Origin: the human T2T-CHM13v2.0 reference genome, Homo sapiens
Reading direction: 5' to 3' (one strand)
Assembly: GCF_009914755.1 (NCBI RefSeq)
Contig: NC_060945.1
DNA length: 64,000 nucleotides
Shown: positions 1-15,600 of the stretch, one piece after another
Position numbering within the stretch: position 1 is the first letter of the stretch
Layout: every line of letters starts with the position of its first letter
Notes under the pieces: model-generated
The model's database searches: none
What the model was told of the DNA's origin: nothing
Seen by the model: only the letters and a program-made list of their open reading frames with translations
Made by a program: the position numbers and the translations under genes

Positions 1-378
1 ATATGAAAGTACATCAAATATAGATTATATACTGTACATTAAATACCAAAGTACCCCAAATATATATTTTATACTGTACATGAAATATCAAAGTTCACAA
101 ACTATATATTATATACTGTACATAAAATATCAAAGTACCCAAGGTATATATTCTATACTGTACAAAAAATATCAAAGTACCCAAAGCATGTATTATATAC
201 TGTACCTAAAATATGAAAGTACATCAAATATATATTTTATTCTGTACATAAAATATCAAAGTACACCAGATATATATTCTATAGTGTACATAAAATATCA
301 AAGTACCCAAACTATACATTATATACTGTACATAAAATATGAAATTACATCAAATATATTTTATATTAGGTACATAAA
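1..378 (+). repeat. Example full-length 378-bp HOR (9 x 42 bp)
   Basis: ATATGAAAGTACATCAAATATAGATT starts at 1 and recurs at 379; the last monomer contains the long form TATATT(T/A)TATTAGGTAC. Confidence 0.95.
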
Positions 379-751
379 ATATGAAAGTACATCAAATATA
401 GATTATATACTGTACATTAAATACCAAAGTACCCCAAATATATATTTTATGCTGTACATGAAATATCAAAGTTCACAAACTATATATTATATACTGTACA
501 TAAAATATCAAAGTACCCAAGGTATATATTCTATACTGTACAAAAAATATCAAAGTACCCAAAGCATGTATTATATACTGTATATAAAATATGAAAGTAC
601 ATTAAAGATATATTTTATTCTGTACATAAAATATCAAAGTACACCAGATATATATTCTATAGTGTACATAAAATAACAAAGTACACAAACTATAAATTAT
701 ATACTGTACATAAGATATGAAATTACATCAAATATATATTAGGTACATAAA
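379..751 (+). repeat. Example 373-bp HOR (5-bp deletion variant)
   Basis: The next HOR start is at 752; AATATATATTAGGTAC replaces AATATATATTATATTAGGTAC. The variant causes the recurring MKLHQIYIR frameshift ORFs spaced 373 bp apart (e.g. 7071, 7444, 7817, 8190, 8563, 8936, 9309). Confidence 0.95.
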
Positions 752-1124
752 ATATGAAAGTACATCAAAAATAGATTATATACTGTACATATAATATCAA
801 GGTACCCCAAATATATATTTTATACTCTACATGAAATATCAAAGTTCACAAATCATACATTATATACTGTACATAAAATATCAAAGTACCCAAGGTATAT
901 ATTCTATACTGTACAGAAAATATCAAAGTACCCAAAGCATGTATTATATACTGTACATAAAATATGAAAGTACATCAAATATATATTTTATTCTGTACAT
1001 AAAATATCAAAGTACACCAGATATATATTCTATAGTGTACATAAAATATCAAAGTACCCAAACTATACATTATATACTGTACATAAAATATGAAATTACA
1101 TCAAATATATATTAGGTACATAAA

Positions 1125-1376
1125 ATATGAAGGTACATCAAATATAGATTATATACTGTACATATAATATCAATGTACCCCTAATATATATTTTATACTC
1201 TACATGAAATATCAAAGTTCACAAACCATACATTATATACTGTACATAAAATATCAAAGTACCCAAGGTATATATTCTATACTGTACAAAAAATATCAAA
1301 GTACCCAAAGCACGTATTATATACTGTACATAAAATATGAAATTACATCAAATATATATTATATTAGGTACATAAA
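1125..1376 (+). repeat. 6-monomer HOR variant (252 bp, three monomers deleted); copy at +50644
   Basis: HOR starts at 1125 and 1377. The AAGCACGTATT monomer joins directly to the GAAATTACATC monomer. Confidence 0.85.
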
Positions 1377-1665
1377 ATATGAATGTACATCAAATATAGA
1401 TTATATACTGTCCATAAAATATCAAAGTACCCAAGGTATATATTCTATACTGTACAAAAAATATCAAAGTACCCAAAGCATGTATTATATACTGTACATA
1501 AAATATGAAAGTACATCAAATGTATATTTTATTCTGTACATAAAATATCAAAGTACACCAGATATATATTCTATAGTGTGCATAAAATAACAAAGTACAC
1601 ACACTATAAATTATATACTGTACATAAAATATGAAATTACATCAAATATATATTAGGTACATAAA
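1377..1665 (+). repeat. 7-monomer HOR variant (289 bp = 373-84), marked by CTGTCCATA
   Basis: The TAGATT monomer joins directly to the CCCAAGGT monomer. The same junction with the TCC marker occurs near 3197 and 5727, and at +50644 for all three. Confidence 0.85.
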
Positions 1666-2339
1666 ATATGAAAGTACATCAAATATAGATTTTATACTGT
1701 ACATAAAATATCAATGTACCCCAAATATATATTTTATACTCTACATGAAATATCAAAGTTCACAAACCATATATTATATACTGTACATATAATATCAAAG
1801 TACCCAAGGTATATATTCTATACTGTACAAAATATATCAAAGTACCCAAAGCATGTATTATATACTGTACATAAAATATGAAAGTACATCAAATATATAT
1901 TTTATTCTGTACATAAAATATCAAAGTACACCAGATATATATACTATAGTGTACATAAAATATCAAAGTACCCAAACTATACATTATATACTGTACATAA
2001 AATATGAAATTACATCAAATATATATTAGGTACATAAAATATGAAAGTACATCAAATATAGATTATATACTGTACATAAAATATCAAAGTACCCCAAATA
2101 TATATTATATACTCTACATGAAATATCAAAGTTCACAAACTATATATTATATACTGTACATAAAATATCAAAGTACCGAAGGTATATATTCTATACTGTA
2201 CAAAAAATATCAAAGTACCCAAAGCATGTATTATATACTGTATATAAAATAAGAAAGTACATTAAATATATATTTTATTCTGTACATAAAATATCAAAGT
2301 ACACCAGATATATATTCTATAGTGTACATAATATAACAA

Positions 2340-5300
2340 AGTACACAAACTATAAATTATATACTGTACATAAAATATGAAATTACATCAAATATATATT
2401 AGGTACATAAAATATGAAAGTACATCAAATATAGATTATATACTGTACATATAATATCAATGTACCCCAAATATATATTTTATACTCTACAGGAAATATC
2501 AAAGTTCACAAACCATACATTATATACTGTACATAAAATATCAAAGTACCCAAGGTATATATTCTATACTGTACAGAAAATATCAAAGTACCCAAAGCAT
2601 GTATTATATACTGTACATAAAATATGAAAGTACATCAAATATATATTTTATTCTGTACATAAAATATCAAAGTACACCAGATATATATTCTATAGTGTAC
2701 ATAAAATATCAAAGTACCCAAACTATACATTATATACTGTACATAAAATATGAAATTACATCAAATATATATTAGGTACATAAAATATGAAAGTACATCA
2801 AATATAGATTGTATACTGTGCATTAAATATCAAAGTACCCCAAATATATATTATATACTCTACATGAAATATCAAAGTTCGCAAACTATATATTATATAC
2901 TGTACATAAAATATCAAAGTACCCAAGGTATATATTCTATACTGTACAAAAAATATCAAAGTACCCAAAGCATGTATTATATACTGTACATAAAATATGA
3001 AAGTACATCAAATATATATTTTATTCTGTACATAAAATATCAAAGTACACCAGATATATATTCTATAGTGTACATAAAATATCAAAGTACCCAAACTATA
3101 CATTATATACTGTACATAAAATATGAAATTACATCAAATATATATTATATTAGGTACATAAAATATGAAAGTACAGCAAATATAGATTATATACTGTCCA
3201 TAAAATATCAAAGTCCCCAAGGTATATATTCTATACTGTACAAAAAATATCAAAGTACCCAAATCTTGTATTATATACTGTATATAACATATGAAAGTAC
3301 ATCAAATATATATTTTATTCTGTACATAAAATATCAAAGTACACCAGATATATATTCTATAGTGTACATAAAATAACAAAGTACACAAACTATAAATTAT
3401 ATACTGTACATAAAATATGAAATTACATCAAATATATATTAGGTACATAAAATATGAAAGTACATCAAATATAGATTATATACTGTACATAAAATATCAA
3501 TGTACCCCAAATATATATTTTATACTCTACATGAAATATCAAAGTTCACAAACCATATATTATATACTGTACATAAAATATCAAAGTACCCAAGGTATAT
3601 ATTCTATACTGTACAAAAAATATCAAAGTACCCAAAGCATGTATTATATACTATACATAAAATATGAAATTACATCAAATATATATTTTATTCTGTACAT
3701 AAAATATCAAAGTACACCAGATATATATTCTATAGTGTACATAAAATATCAAAGTACCCAAACTACAAATTTTATACTTTACATAAAATATGAAATTACA
3801 TGAAATATATATTAGGTACATAAAATATGAATGTACATCAAATATAGATTATATACTGTACATAAAATATCAAAGTACCCCAAATATATATTATATACTC
3901 TACATGAAATATCAAAGTTCACAAACCATATATTATATACTCTACATAAAATATCAAAGTACCCAAGGTATATATTCTATACTGTACAAAAAATATCAAA
4001 GTACCCAAAGCATGTATTATATACTGTACATAAAATATGAAAGTATATCAAATATATATTTTATTGTGTACATAAAATATCAAAGTACACCAGATATATA
4101 TTCTATAGTGTACATAAAATATCAAAGTACACAAACTATAAATTATATACTGTACATAAAATATGAAATTACATCAAATATATATTAGGTACATAAAATA
4201 TGAAAGTACATCAAATATAGATTATATACTGAACATATAATATCAATGTACCCCAAATATATATTATATACTCTACATGAAATATCAAAGTACAGAAACC
4301 ATACATTATATACTGTACATAAAATATCAAAGTACCCAAAGTATATATTCTATACTGTACAAAAAATATCAAAGTACCCAAAGCATGTATTATATACTGT
4401 ACATAAAATATGAAATTACATCAAATATATATTTTATTCTGTACATAAAATATCAAAGTACACCAGATATATATTCTATAGTGTACATAAAATATCAAAG
4501 TACCCAAACTATACATTATATACTGTACATAAAATATGAAATTACATGAAATATATATTAGGTACATAAAATATGAAAGTACATCAAATATAGATTATAT
4601 ACTGTATATAAAATATCAAAGTACCCCAAATATATATTATATACTCTACATGAAATATCAAATTTCACAAACTATATATTATATACTGTACATAAAATAT
4701 CAAAGTACCCAAGGTATATATTCTATACTGTACAAAAAATATCAAAGTACCCAAAGCATGTATTATATACTGTATAAAATATGAAAGTACATTAAAGATA
4801 TATTTTCTTCTGTACATAAATTATCAAAGTACACCAGATATATATTCTATAGTGTACATAAAATAACAAAGTACACAAACTATAAATTATACACTGTACA
4901 TAAAATATGAAATTACATCAAATATATATTAGGTACATAAAATATGAAAGTACATCAAATATAGATTATATACTGTACATATAATATCAATGTACCCCAA
5001 ATATATATTTTATACTCTACAGGAAATATCAAAGTTCACAAACCATACATTATATACTGTACATAAAATATCAAAGTACCCAAGGTATATATTCTATACT
5101 GTACAGAAAATATCAAAGTACCCAAAGCATGTATTATATACTGTACATAAAATATGAAAGTACATCAAATATATATTTTATTCTGTACATAAAATATCAA
5201 AGTACACCAGATATATATTCTATAGTGTACATAAAATATCAAAGTACCCAAACTATACATTATATACTGTACATAAAATATGAAATTACATCAAATATAT

Positions 5301-6660
5301 ATTAGGTACATAAAATATGAAAGTACATCAAATATAGATTGTATACTGTGCATTAAATATCAAAGTACCCCAAATATATATTATATACTCTACATGAAAT
5401 ATCAAAGTTCACAAACTATATATTATATACTGTACATAAAATATCAAAGTACCCAAGGTATATATTCTATACTGTACAAAAAATATCAAAGTACCCAAAG
5501 CATGTATTATATACTGTACATAAAATATGAAAGTACATCAAATATATATTTTATTCTGTACATAAAATATCAAAGTACACCAGATATATATTCTATAGTG
5601 TACATAAAATATCAAAGTACCCAAACTATACATTATATACTGTACATAAAATATGAAATTACATCAAATATATATTATATTAGGTACATAAAATATGAAA
5701 GTACAGCAAATATAGATTATATACTGTCCATAAAATATCAAAGTCCCCAAGGTATATATTCTATACTGTACAAAAAATATCAAAGTACCCAAATCTTGTA
5801 TTATATACTGTATATAACATATGAAAGTACATCAAATATATATTTTATTCTGTACATAAAATATCAAAGTACACCAGATATATATTCTATAGTGTACATA
5901 AAATAACAAAGTACACAAACTATAAATTATATACTGTACATAAAATATGAAATTACATCAAATATATATTAGGTACATAAAATATGAAAGTACATCAAAT
6001 ATAGATTATATACTGTACATAAAATATCAATGTACCCCAAATATATATTTTATACTCTACATGAAATATCAAAGTTCACAAACCATATATTATATACTGT
6101 ACATAAAATATCAAAGTACCCAAGGTATATATTCTATACTGTACAAAAAATATCAAAGTACCCAAAGCATGTATTATATACTATACATAAAATATGAAAT
6201 TACATCAAATATATATTTTATTCTGTACATAAAATATCAAAGTACACCAGATATATATTCTATAGTGTACATAAAATATCAAAGTACCCAAACTACAAAT
6301 TTTATACTTTACATAAAATATGAAATTACATCAAATATATATTAGGTACATAAAATATGAATGTACATCAAATATAGATTATATACTGTACATAAAATAT
6401 CAAAGTACCCCAAATATATATTATATACTCTACATGAAATATCAAAGTTCACAAACCATATATTATATACTGTACATAAAATATCAAAGTACCCAAGGTA
6501 TATATTCTATACTGTACAAAAAATATCAAAGTACCCAAAGCATGTATTATATACTGTACATAAAATATGAAAGTATATCAAATATATATTTTATTGTGTA
6601 CATAAAATATCAAAGTACACCAGATATATATTCTATAGTGTACATAAAATATCAAAGTAC
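2340..6660 (+). repeat. Local duplication, offset 2530 bp (~2340-4130 repeated at ~4870-6660)
   Basis: ORFs 2750/5280, 3417/5947, 3790/6320. Shared markers: CTACAGGAAA (2491/5021), GATTGTATACTGTGCATT, AAGTCCCCAA, AAATCTTGTA, ACTACAAATTTTATACTTT. Confidence 0.88.
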
Positions 6661-9600
6661 CAAAACTATACATTATATACTGTACATAAAATATGAAATT
6701 ACATCAAATATATATTATATTAGGTACATAAAATATGAAAGTATATCAAATATAGATTATATACTGTACATAAAATATGAAAGTACCCCAAATATATATT
6801 ACATACTCTACATGAAATATCAAAGTTCACAAACTATATATTATATACTGTACATAAAATATCAAAGTACCCAAGGTATATATTCTATATTGTACAAAAA
6901 ATATCAAAGTACCCAAAGCATCTGTTATATACTGTATATAAAATATGAAAGTACATAAAATATATATTTTATTCTGTACATAAAACATCAAAGTACACCA
7001 GATATATATTCTATAGTGTACATAAAATATCAAAGTACACAAACTATACATTATATACTGTACATAAAATATGAAATTACATCAAATATATATTAGGTAC
7101 ATAAAATATGAAAGTACATCAAACATAGATTATACACTGTACATAAAATATCAAAGTACCCGAAATATATATTATATACTGTACATGAAATATCAAAGTT
7201 CACAAACTATATATTATATACTGTACATAAAATATCAAAGTACCCAAGGTATATGTTCTATACTGTACAAAAAATATCAAAGTACCCAAAGCATGTATTA
7301 TATACTGTACATAAAATATGAAAGTACATCAAATATATATTTTATTCCGTACATAAAATATCAAAGTACACCAGATATATATTCTATAGTGTACATAAAA
7401 TATCAAAGTTCCCAAACTATACATTATATAATGTACATAAAATATGAAATTACATCAAATATATATTAGGTACATAAAATATGAAAGTACATCAAATATA
7501 GATTATATACTGTACATAAAATATCAAAGTACCCCAAATATATTTTATATACTGTACATGAAATATCAAATTTCACAAACTATATATTATATACTGTACA
7601 TAAAATATCAAAGTACCCAAGGTATATATTCTATACTGTACAAAAAATATCAAAGTACCCAAAGCATGTATTATATACTGTACATAAAATATGAAAGTAC
7701 ATCAAATATGTATTTTATTCTGTACATAGAATATCAAAGTACACCAGATATATATTCTATAGTGTACATAATATAACAAAGTACATAAACTATACATTAT
7801 ATACTGTACATAAAATATGAAATTACATCAAATATATATTAGGTACATAAAATATGAAAGTACATCAAATATAGATTATATACTGTACATAAAATATCAA
7901 AGTACCCCAAATATATATTATATAATGTACATGAAATATCAAAGTTCACAAACCATATATTATATACTGTACATAAAATATCAAAGTACCCAAGGTATAT
8001 ATTCTATACTGTACAAAAAATATCAAAGTACCCAAAGCATGTATTATATACTGTACATAAAATATGAAATTACATCATATATATATTTTATTCTGTACAT
8101 AAAATATCAAAGTACACCAGATATATATTCTATAGTGTACATAAAATATCAAAGTACCCAATCTATACATTATATACTGTACATAAAATATGAAATTACA
8201 TCAAATATATATTAGGTACATAAAATATGTATGTACATCAAATATAGATTATATACTGTACATAAAATATCAAAGTACCCTAAATATATATTATATACTC
8301 TACAAGAAATATCAAAGTTCACACACTATATATTATATACTGTACATAAAATATCAAAGTACCCAAGGTATATATTGTATACTGTACAAAAAATATCAAA
8401 GAACCCAAACCATGTATTATATACTGTACATAAAATATGAAAGTACATCAAATATATATTTTATTCTCTATATAAAATATCAAAGTACACCAGATATATA
8501 TTCTATAGTGTACATAAAATAACAAAGTACGCAAACTATACATTATATACTGTACATAAAATATGAAATTACATCAAATATATATTAGGTACATAAAATA
8601 TGAAAGTACATCAAATATAGATTATATACTGTACATAAAATATCAATGTACCCCAAATATATATTTTATACTCTACATGAAATATCAAAGTTCACAAACC
8701 ATATATTATTTACTGTACATAAAACATCAAAGTACCCAAGGTATATATTCTATACTGTACAAAAAATATCAAAGTACCCAAAGCATGTATTATATACTGT
8801 ACATAAAATATGAAAGTATATCAAATATATATTTTATTCTGTACATAAAATATCAAAGTACACCAGATATATATTCTATAGTGTACATAAAATAACAAAG
8901 TACACAAACTATAAATTATATACTGTACATAAAATATGAAATTACATCAAATATATATTAGGTACATAAAATATGAAAGTACATCAAATATAGATTATAT
9001 ACTGTACATAAAATATCAATGTACCCCAAATATATTTTTTATACTCTACATGAAATATCAAAGTTCACAAACCATATATTATATACTGTACATAAAATAT
9101 CAAAGTACCCAAGGTATATATTCTATACTGTACAAAAAATATCAAAGTACCCAAAGCATGTATTATATACTGTACATAAAATATGAAAGTACATCAAATA
9201 TATATTTTATTCTGTACATAAAATATCAAAGTACACCAGATATATATTCTATAGTGTACATAAAATATCAAAGTACCCAAACTATACATTATATACTGTA
9301 CATAAAATATGAAATTACATCAAATATATATTAGGTACATAAAATATGAAAGTACATCAAATATAGATTATATACTGTACATAAAATATCAAAGTACCCC
9401 AAATATACATTATATACTCTACATGAAATATCAAAGTTCACAAACTATATATTATATACTGTACATAAAATATCAAGGTACCCAAGGTATATATTCTATA
9501 CTGTACAAAAAATATCAAAGTACCCAAAGCATTTATTATATACTGTACATAAAATATGAAAGTACATCAAATATATATTTTATTCTGTACATAAAATATC

Positions 9601-12600
9601 AAAGTACACCAGATATATATTCTATAGTGTACATAAAATATCAAAGTACCCAAACTATACATTATATACTGTACATAAAATATGAGATTACATCAAATAT
9701 ATATTATATTAGGTACATAAAATATGAAAGTACATCAAATATAGATTATATACTGTACATAATATATCAAAGTACCCCAAATATATATTATATACTCTAC
9801 ATGAAATATCAAAGTTCAAACACTATATATTATATACTGTACATAAAATATCAAAGTACCCAAGGTATGTATTCTATACTGTACAAAAAATATCAAAGTA
9901 CCCAAAGCATGTATTATATACTGTACATAAAATATGAAAGTACATCAAATATATATTTTATTCTGTACATAAAATATCAAGGAACACCAGATATATATTC
10001 TATAGTGTACATAAAATATCAAAGTACACAAACTATACATTATATACAGTACATAAAATATGAAATTACATCAAATATATATTAGGTACATAAAATATGA
10101 AAGTACATCAAATATAGATTATATACTGTACATAAAATATCAAAGTACCCCAAATATATATTATATACTGTACATGAAATATCAAAGTTCACAAACTATA
10201 TATTATATACTGTACATAATATATCAAAGTACCCAAGTTATATATTCTATACTGTACAAAAAATATCAAAGTACCCAAAGCATGTATTATATACTGTACA
10301 TAAAATATGAAAGTACATCAAATATATATTTTATTCTGTACATAAAATATCAAGGTACACCAGATATATATTCTATAGTGTACATAAAATAACAAAGTAC
10401 ACAAACTATAAATTATATACTGTACATAAAATATGAAATTACATCAAATATATATTAGGTACATAAAATATGAAAGTTCATCAAATATAGATTATATACT
10501 GTACATAAAATATCAATGTACCCCAAATATATATCTTATACTCTACATGAAATATCAAAGTTCACAAACCATATATTGTATACTGTACATAAAATATCAA
10601 AGTACCCAAGGTATGTATTCTATACTGTACAAAAAATATCAAAGTACCCAAAGCATGTATTACATACTGAACATTAAATATGAAAGTACATCAAATATAT
10701 ATTTTATTCTGTACATAAAATATCAAAGTACACCAGATATATATTCTATAGTGTACATAAAATATCAAAGTACCCAAACTATACATTATATACTGTAAAT
10801 AAAATATGAAATTACATCAAATATATTTTATATTAGGTACCTAAAATATGAAAGTACATCAAATATAGATTATATACTGTGCATTAAATACCAAAGTACC
10901 CGAAATATATATTTTATACTGTACATGAAATATCAAAGTTCACAATCTATATATTATATACTGTACATAAATTATCAAAGTACCCAAGGTGTATATTCTA
11001 TACTCTACAAAAAATATCAAAGTACCCAAAGCATGTATTATATACTGTACATAAAATATGAAAGTACATCAAATATATATTTTATTCTGTACATAAAATA
11101 TCAAAGTACACCAGATATATATTCTATAGTGTACATAAAATATCAAAGTACCCAAACTATACATTATATACTGTACATAAAATATGAAATTACATCAAAT
11201 ATATTTTATATTAGGTACAAAAAATATGAAAGTACATAAAATATAGATTATATACTGTACATTAAATACGAAAGTACCCCAAATATATATTTTATACTGT
11301 ACATGAAATATCAAAGTTCACAAACTATATATTATATACTGTACAAATAATATCAAAGTACCCAAGGTATATATTCTATACTGTACCAAAAATAACAAAG
11401 TACCAAAAGCATGTATTATATACTGTACCTAAAATATGAATGTACATCAAATATATATTTTATTCTGTACATAAAATATCAAAGTACACCAGATATATAT
11501 TCTATAGTGTACATAAAATATCAAAGTACCCAAACTATACATTATATACTGTACATAAAATATGAAATTACATCAAATATATATTATATTAGGTACATAA
11601 AATATGAAAGTACATCAAATATAGATTATATACTGTACATAAAATATCAAGGTACCCCACATATATATTATATACTCTACATGAAATATCAAAGTTCACA
11701 AACTATATATTATATACTGTACATAAAATATCAAAGTACCCAAGGTATATATTCCATACTGCACAAAAAATTTCAAAGTACCCAAAGCATGTATTATATA
11801 CTGTATATAAAATATGAAAGTACATCAAATATATATTTTATTCTGTACATAAAATATCAAAGTACACCAGATATATATTCTATAGTGTACATAAAATAAC
11901 AAAGTACACAAACTATAAATTATATACTGTACATAAAATATGAAATTACATCAAATATATATTAGGTACATAAAATATGAAAGTACATCAAATATAGATT
12001 ATATACTGTACATAAAATATCAATGTACCCCAAATATATATTTTATACTCTACATGAAATATCAAAGTTCACAAACTATATATTATATACTGTACATAAA
12101 ATATCAAAGTACCCAAGGTATATATTCTATACTATACAAAAAGTATCAAAGTACCCAAAGCATGTATTATATACTGTACATAAAATATGAAAGTACATCA
12201 AATATATATTTTATTCTGTACATAAAATATCAAAGTACACCAGATATATATTCTATAGTGTACATAAAATATCAAAGTACCCAAACTATACATTATATAC
12301 TGTACATAAAATATGAAATTACATCAAATATATTTTATATTAGGTACATAAAATATGAAAGTACATCAAATATAGATTATATACTGTACATTAAATACCA
12401 AAGTACCCCAAATATATATTTTATACTGTACATGAAATATCAAAGTTCACAAACTATATATTATATACTGTACATATAATATTAAAGTACCCAAGGTATA
12501 TATTCTATACTGTACAAAAAATAACAAAGTACCAAAAGCATGTATAATATACTGTACATAAAATATGAAAGTACATCAAATATATATTTTATTCTGTACA

Positions 12601-15600
12601 TAAAATATCAAAGTACACCAGATATATATTCTATAGTGTACATAAAATATCAAAGTATCCAAACTATACATTATATACTGTACATAAAATATGAAATTAC
12701 ATCAAATATATATTATATTAGGTACAGAAAATATGAAAGTACATCAAATATAGATTATATAGTGTACATAAAATACCAAAGTACCCCAAATATATATATT
12801 ATACTGTACATGAAATATCAAAGTTCACAAACTATATATTATATACTGTACATAAAATATCAATGTACCCAAGGTATATATTCTATACTGTACAAAAAAT
12901 ATCAAAGTACCCAAAGCATGTATTATATACTGTACATAAAATATGAAAGTACATCAAATATATATTTTATTCTGTAAATACAATATCAAAGTACACCAAA
13001 TATATATTCTATACTGTACATAGAATATCAAAGAACCCAAACTATACATTATATACTGTACATAAAATATGAAATTACATCAAATATATTTTATATTAGG
13101 TACATAAAATATGAAAGTACATCAAATATAGATTATATGCTGTACATAAAATAAAAAAGTACCCAAATATATATTATATACTGTACATGAAATACCAAAG
13201 TTCACAAACTATATATTATATACTGTACATAAAATATCAATGTACCCAAGGTATATATTCTATACTGTACAAATAATATCAAAGTACCCAAAGCATGTAT
13301 TATATACTGTACATAAAATATGAAATTACATCAAATATATATTTTATTCTGTACACAAAATGTCAAAGTACACCAAATATATATTGTATAGTGTACATAA
13401 AATATCAAAGTACCCAAGCTATACATTATATACTGTAAATAAAATATGAAATTACATCAAACCTATATTATAATAGGTACATAAATTATGAAAGTACATC
13501 AAATATAGATTATATACTGTACATAAAATACCAAAGTACCCCAAATATATATTTTATACTGTACATGAAATATCAAAGTTGACAAACTATATATTATATA
13601 CTGTACATAAAATATCAATGTACCCAAGGTACATATTCTATACTGTACAAAAAATATCAAAGTACCCAAAGCATGTATTATATACTGTATATAAAATATG
13701 AAAGTACATCAAATATATATTTTATTCTGTACATAAAATATCAAAGTACACCAAATATATATTCTATACTGTACATAAAATATCAAAGTACCCAAACTAT
13801 ACATTATATACTGTACATAAAATATGAACTTACATCAAATATATATTATATTAGGTACATAAAATATGAAAGTACATCAAATATAGATTATATACTGTAC
13901 ATAAAATATCAAAGTACCCAAATATATATTATATACTGTACATGAAATATCAAAGTTCACAAACTATATATTATATACTGTACATAAAATATCAATGTAC
14001 CCAAGGTATATATTCTATACTGTACAAAAAATATCAAAGTACCCAAAGCATGTATTATATACTGTACATAAAATATGAATGTACATCAAATACATATTTT
14101 ATTCTGTACATAAAATATCAAAGTACACCAAATATGTATTCTATAGTGTACATAAAATATCAAATTACCCAAACTATACATAACATACTGTACATAAAAT
14201 ATGAAATTACATCAAATATATATTATATTAGGTACATAAAATATGAAAGTAACCCAAATATATATTATATACTGTACATGTAATATCAAAGTTCACAAAC
14301 TATATATTATATACTGTACATAAAATATCAAAGTACCCAAGGTATATATTCTATACTGTATAAAAAACATCAAAGTACCCAAAGCATGTATTATATACTG
14401 TACATAAAATATGAAACTACATCAAATATATATTTTATTCTGTACAAAAAATATCAAAGTACACCAGACATATTTTCTATAGTGTACATAAAATATCAAA
14501 GTACCCAAAGCATGTATTATATACTGTACATAAAATATGAAAGTACATCAAATATATATTTTATTCTGTACATAAAATATCAAAGTACACCAGATATATA
14601 TTCTATAGTGTACATAAAATACCAAAAGTACCCAAACTATACATTATATACTGTACATAAAATATGAAATTACATCAAATATATTTTATATTAGGTACAT
14701 AAAATATGAAAGTACATCAAATATAGATTATATACTGTACATTAAATACCAAAGTACCCCAAATATATATTTTATACTGTACATGTAATATCAAAGTTCA
14801 CACACTATATATTATATACTGTACATAAAATATCAAAGTACACAAGGTATATATTCTATACTGTACAAAAAATATCAAAGTACCCAAAGCATGTATTACA
14901 TACTGTATACAAAATATGAAAATACATTAAATATATATTTTATTCTGTACATAAAATATCAAAGTACACCAGATATGTATTCTATAGTGTACATAAAATA
15001 ACAAAGTACACAAACTATAAATTATATACTGTACATAAAATATGAAATTACATCAAATATATATTAGGTACATAAAATATGAAAGTACATCAAATATAGA
15101 TTATATACTGTACATATAATATCAATGTACCCCAAATATATATTTTATACTCTACATGAAATATCAAAGTTCACAAACCATACATTATATACTGTACATA
15201 AAATATCAAAGTACCCAAGGTATATATTCTATACTGTACCAAAAATATCAAAGTACCCAAAGCATGTATTATATACTGTACATAAAATATGAAAGTACAT
15301 CAAATATATATTTTATTCTGTACATAAAATATCAAAGTACACCAGATATATATTCTGTAGTGTACATAAAATATCAAAGTACCCAAACTATACAGTATAT
15401 ACTGTACATAAAATATGAAATTACATCAAATATATATGAGGTACATAAAACATGAAAGTATATCAAATATAGATTATATACTGTACATATAATATCAATG
15501 AACCCCAAATATATATTTTATACTCTACATGAAATATCAAAATTCACAAACCATATATTATATACTGTACATAAAATATCAAAGTACCCAAGGTATATAT

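Larger units (their letters stand above)
580..13356 (+). repeat. Copy 1 of a near-identical segmental duplication within the array (offset 50,644 bp)
   Basis: Every ORF from 831 to 12540 has an identical translation at +50644 (831/51475, 2750/53394, 9309/59953, 12540/63184). Confidence 0.93.
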
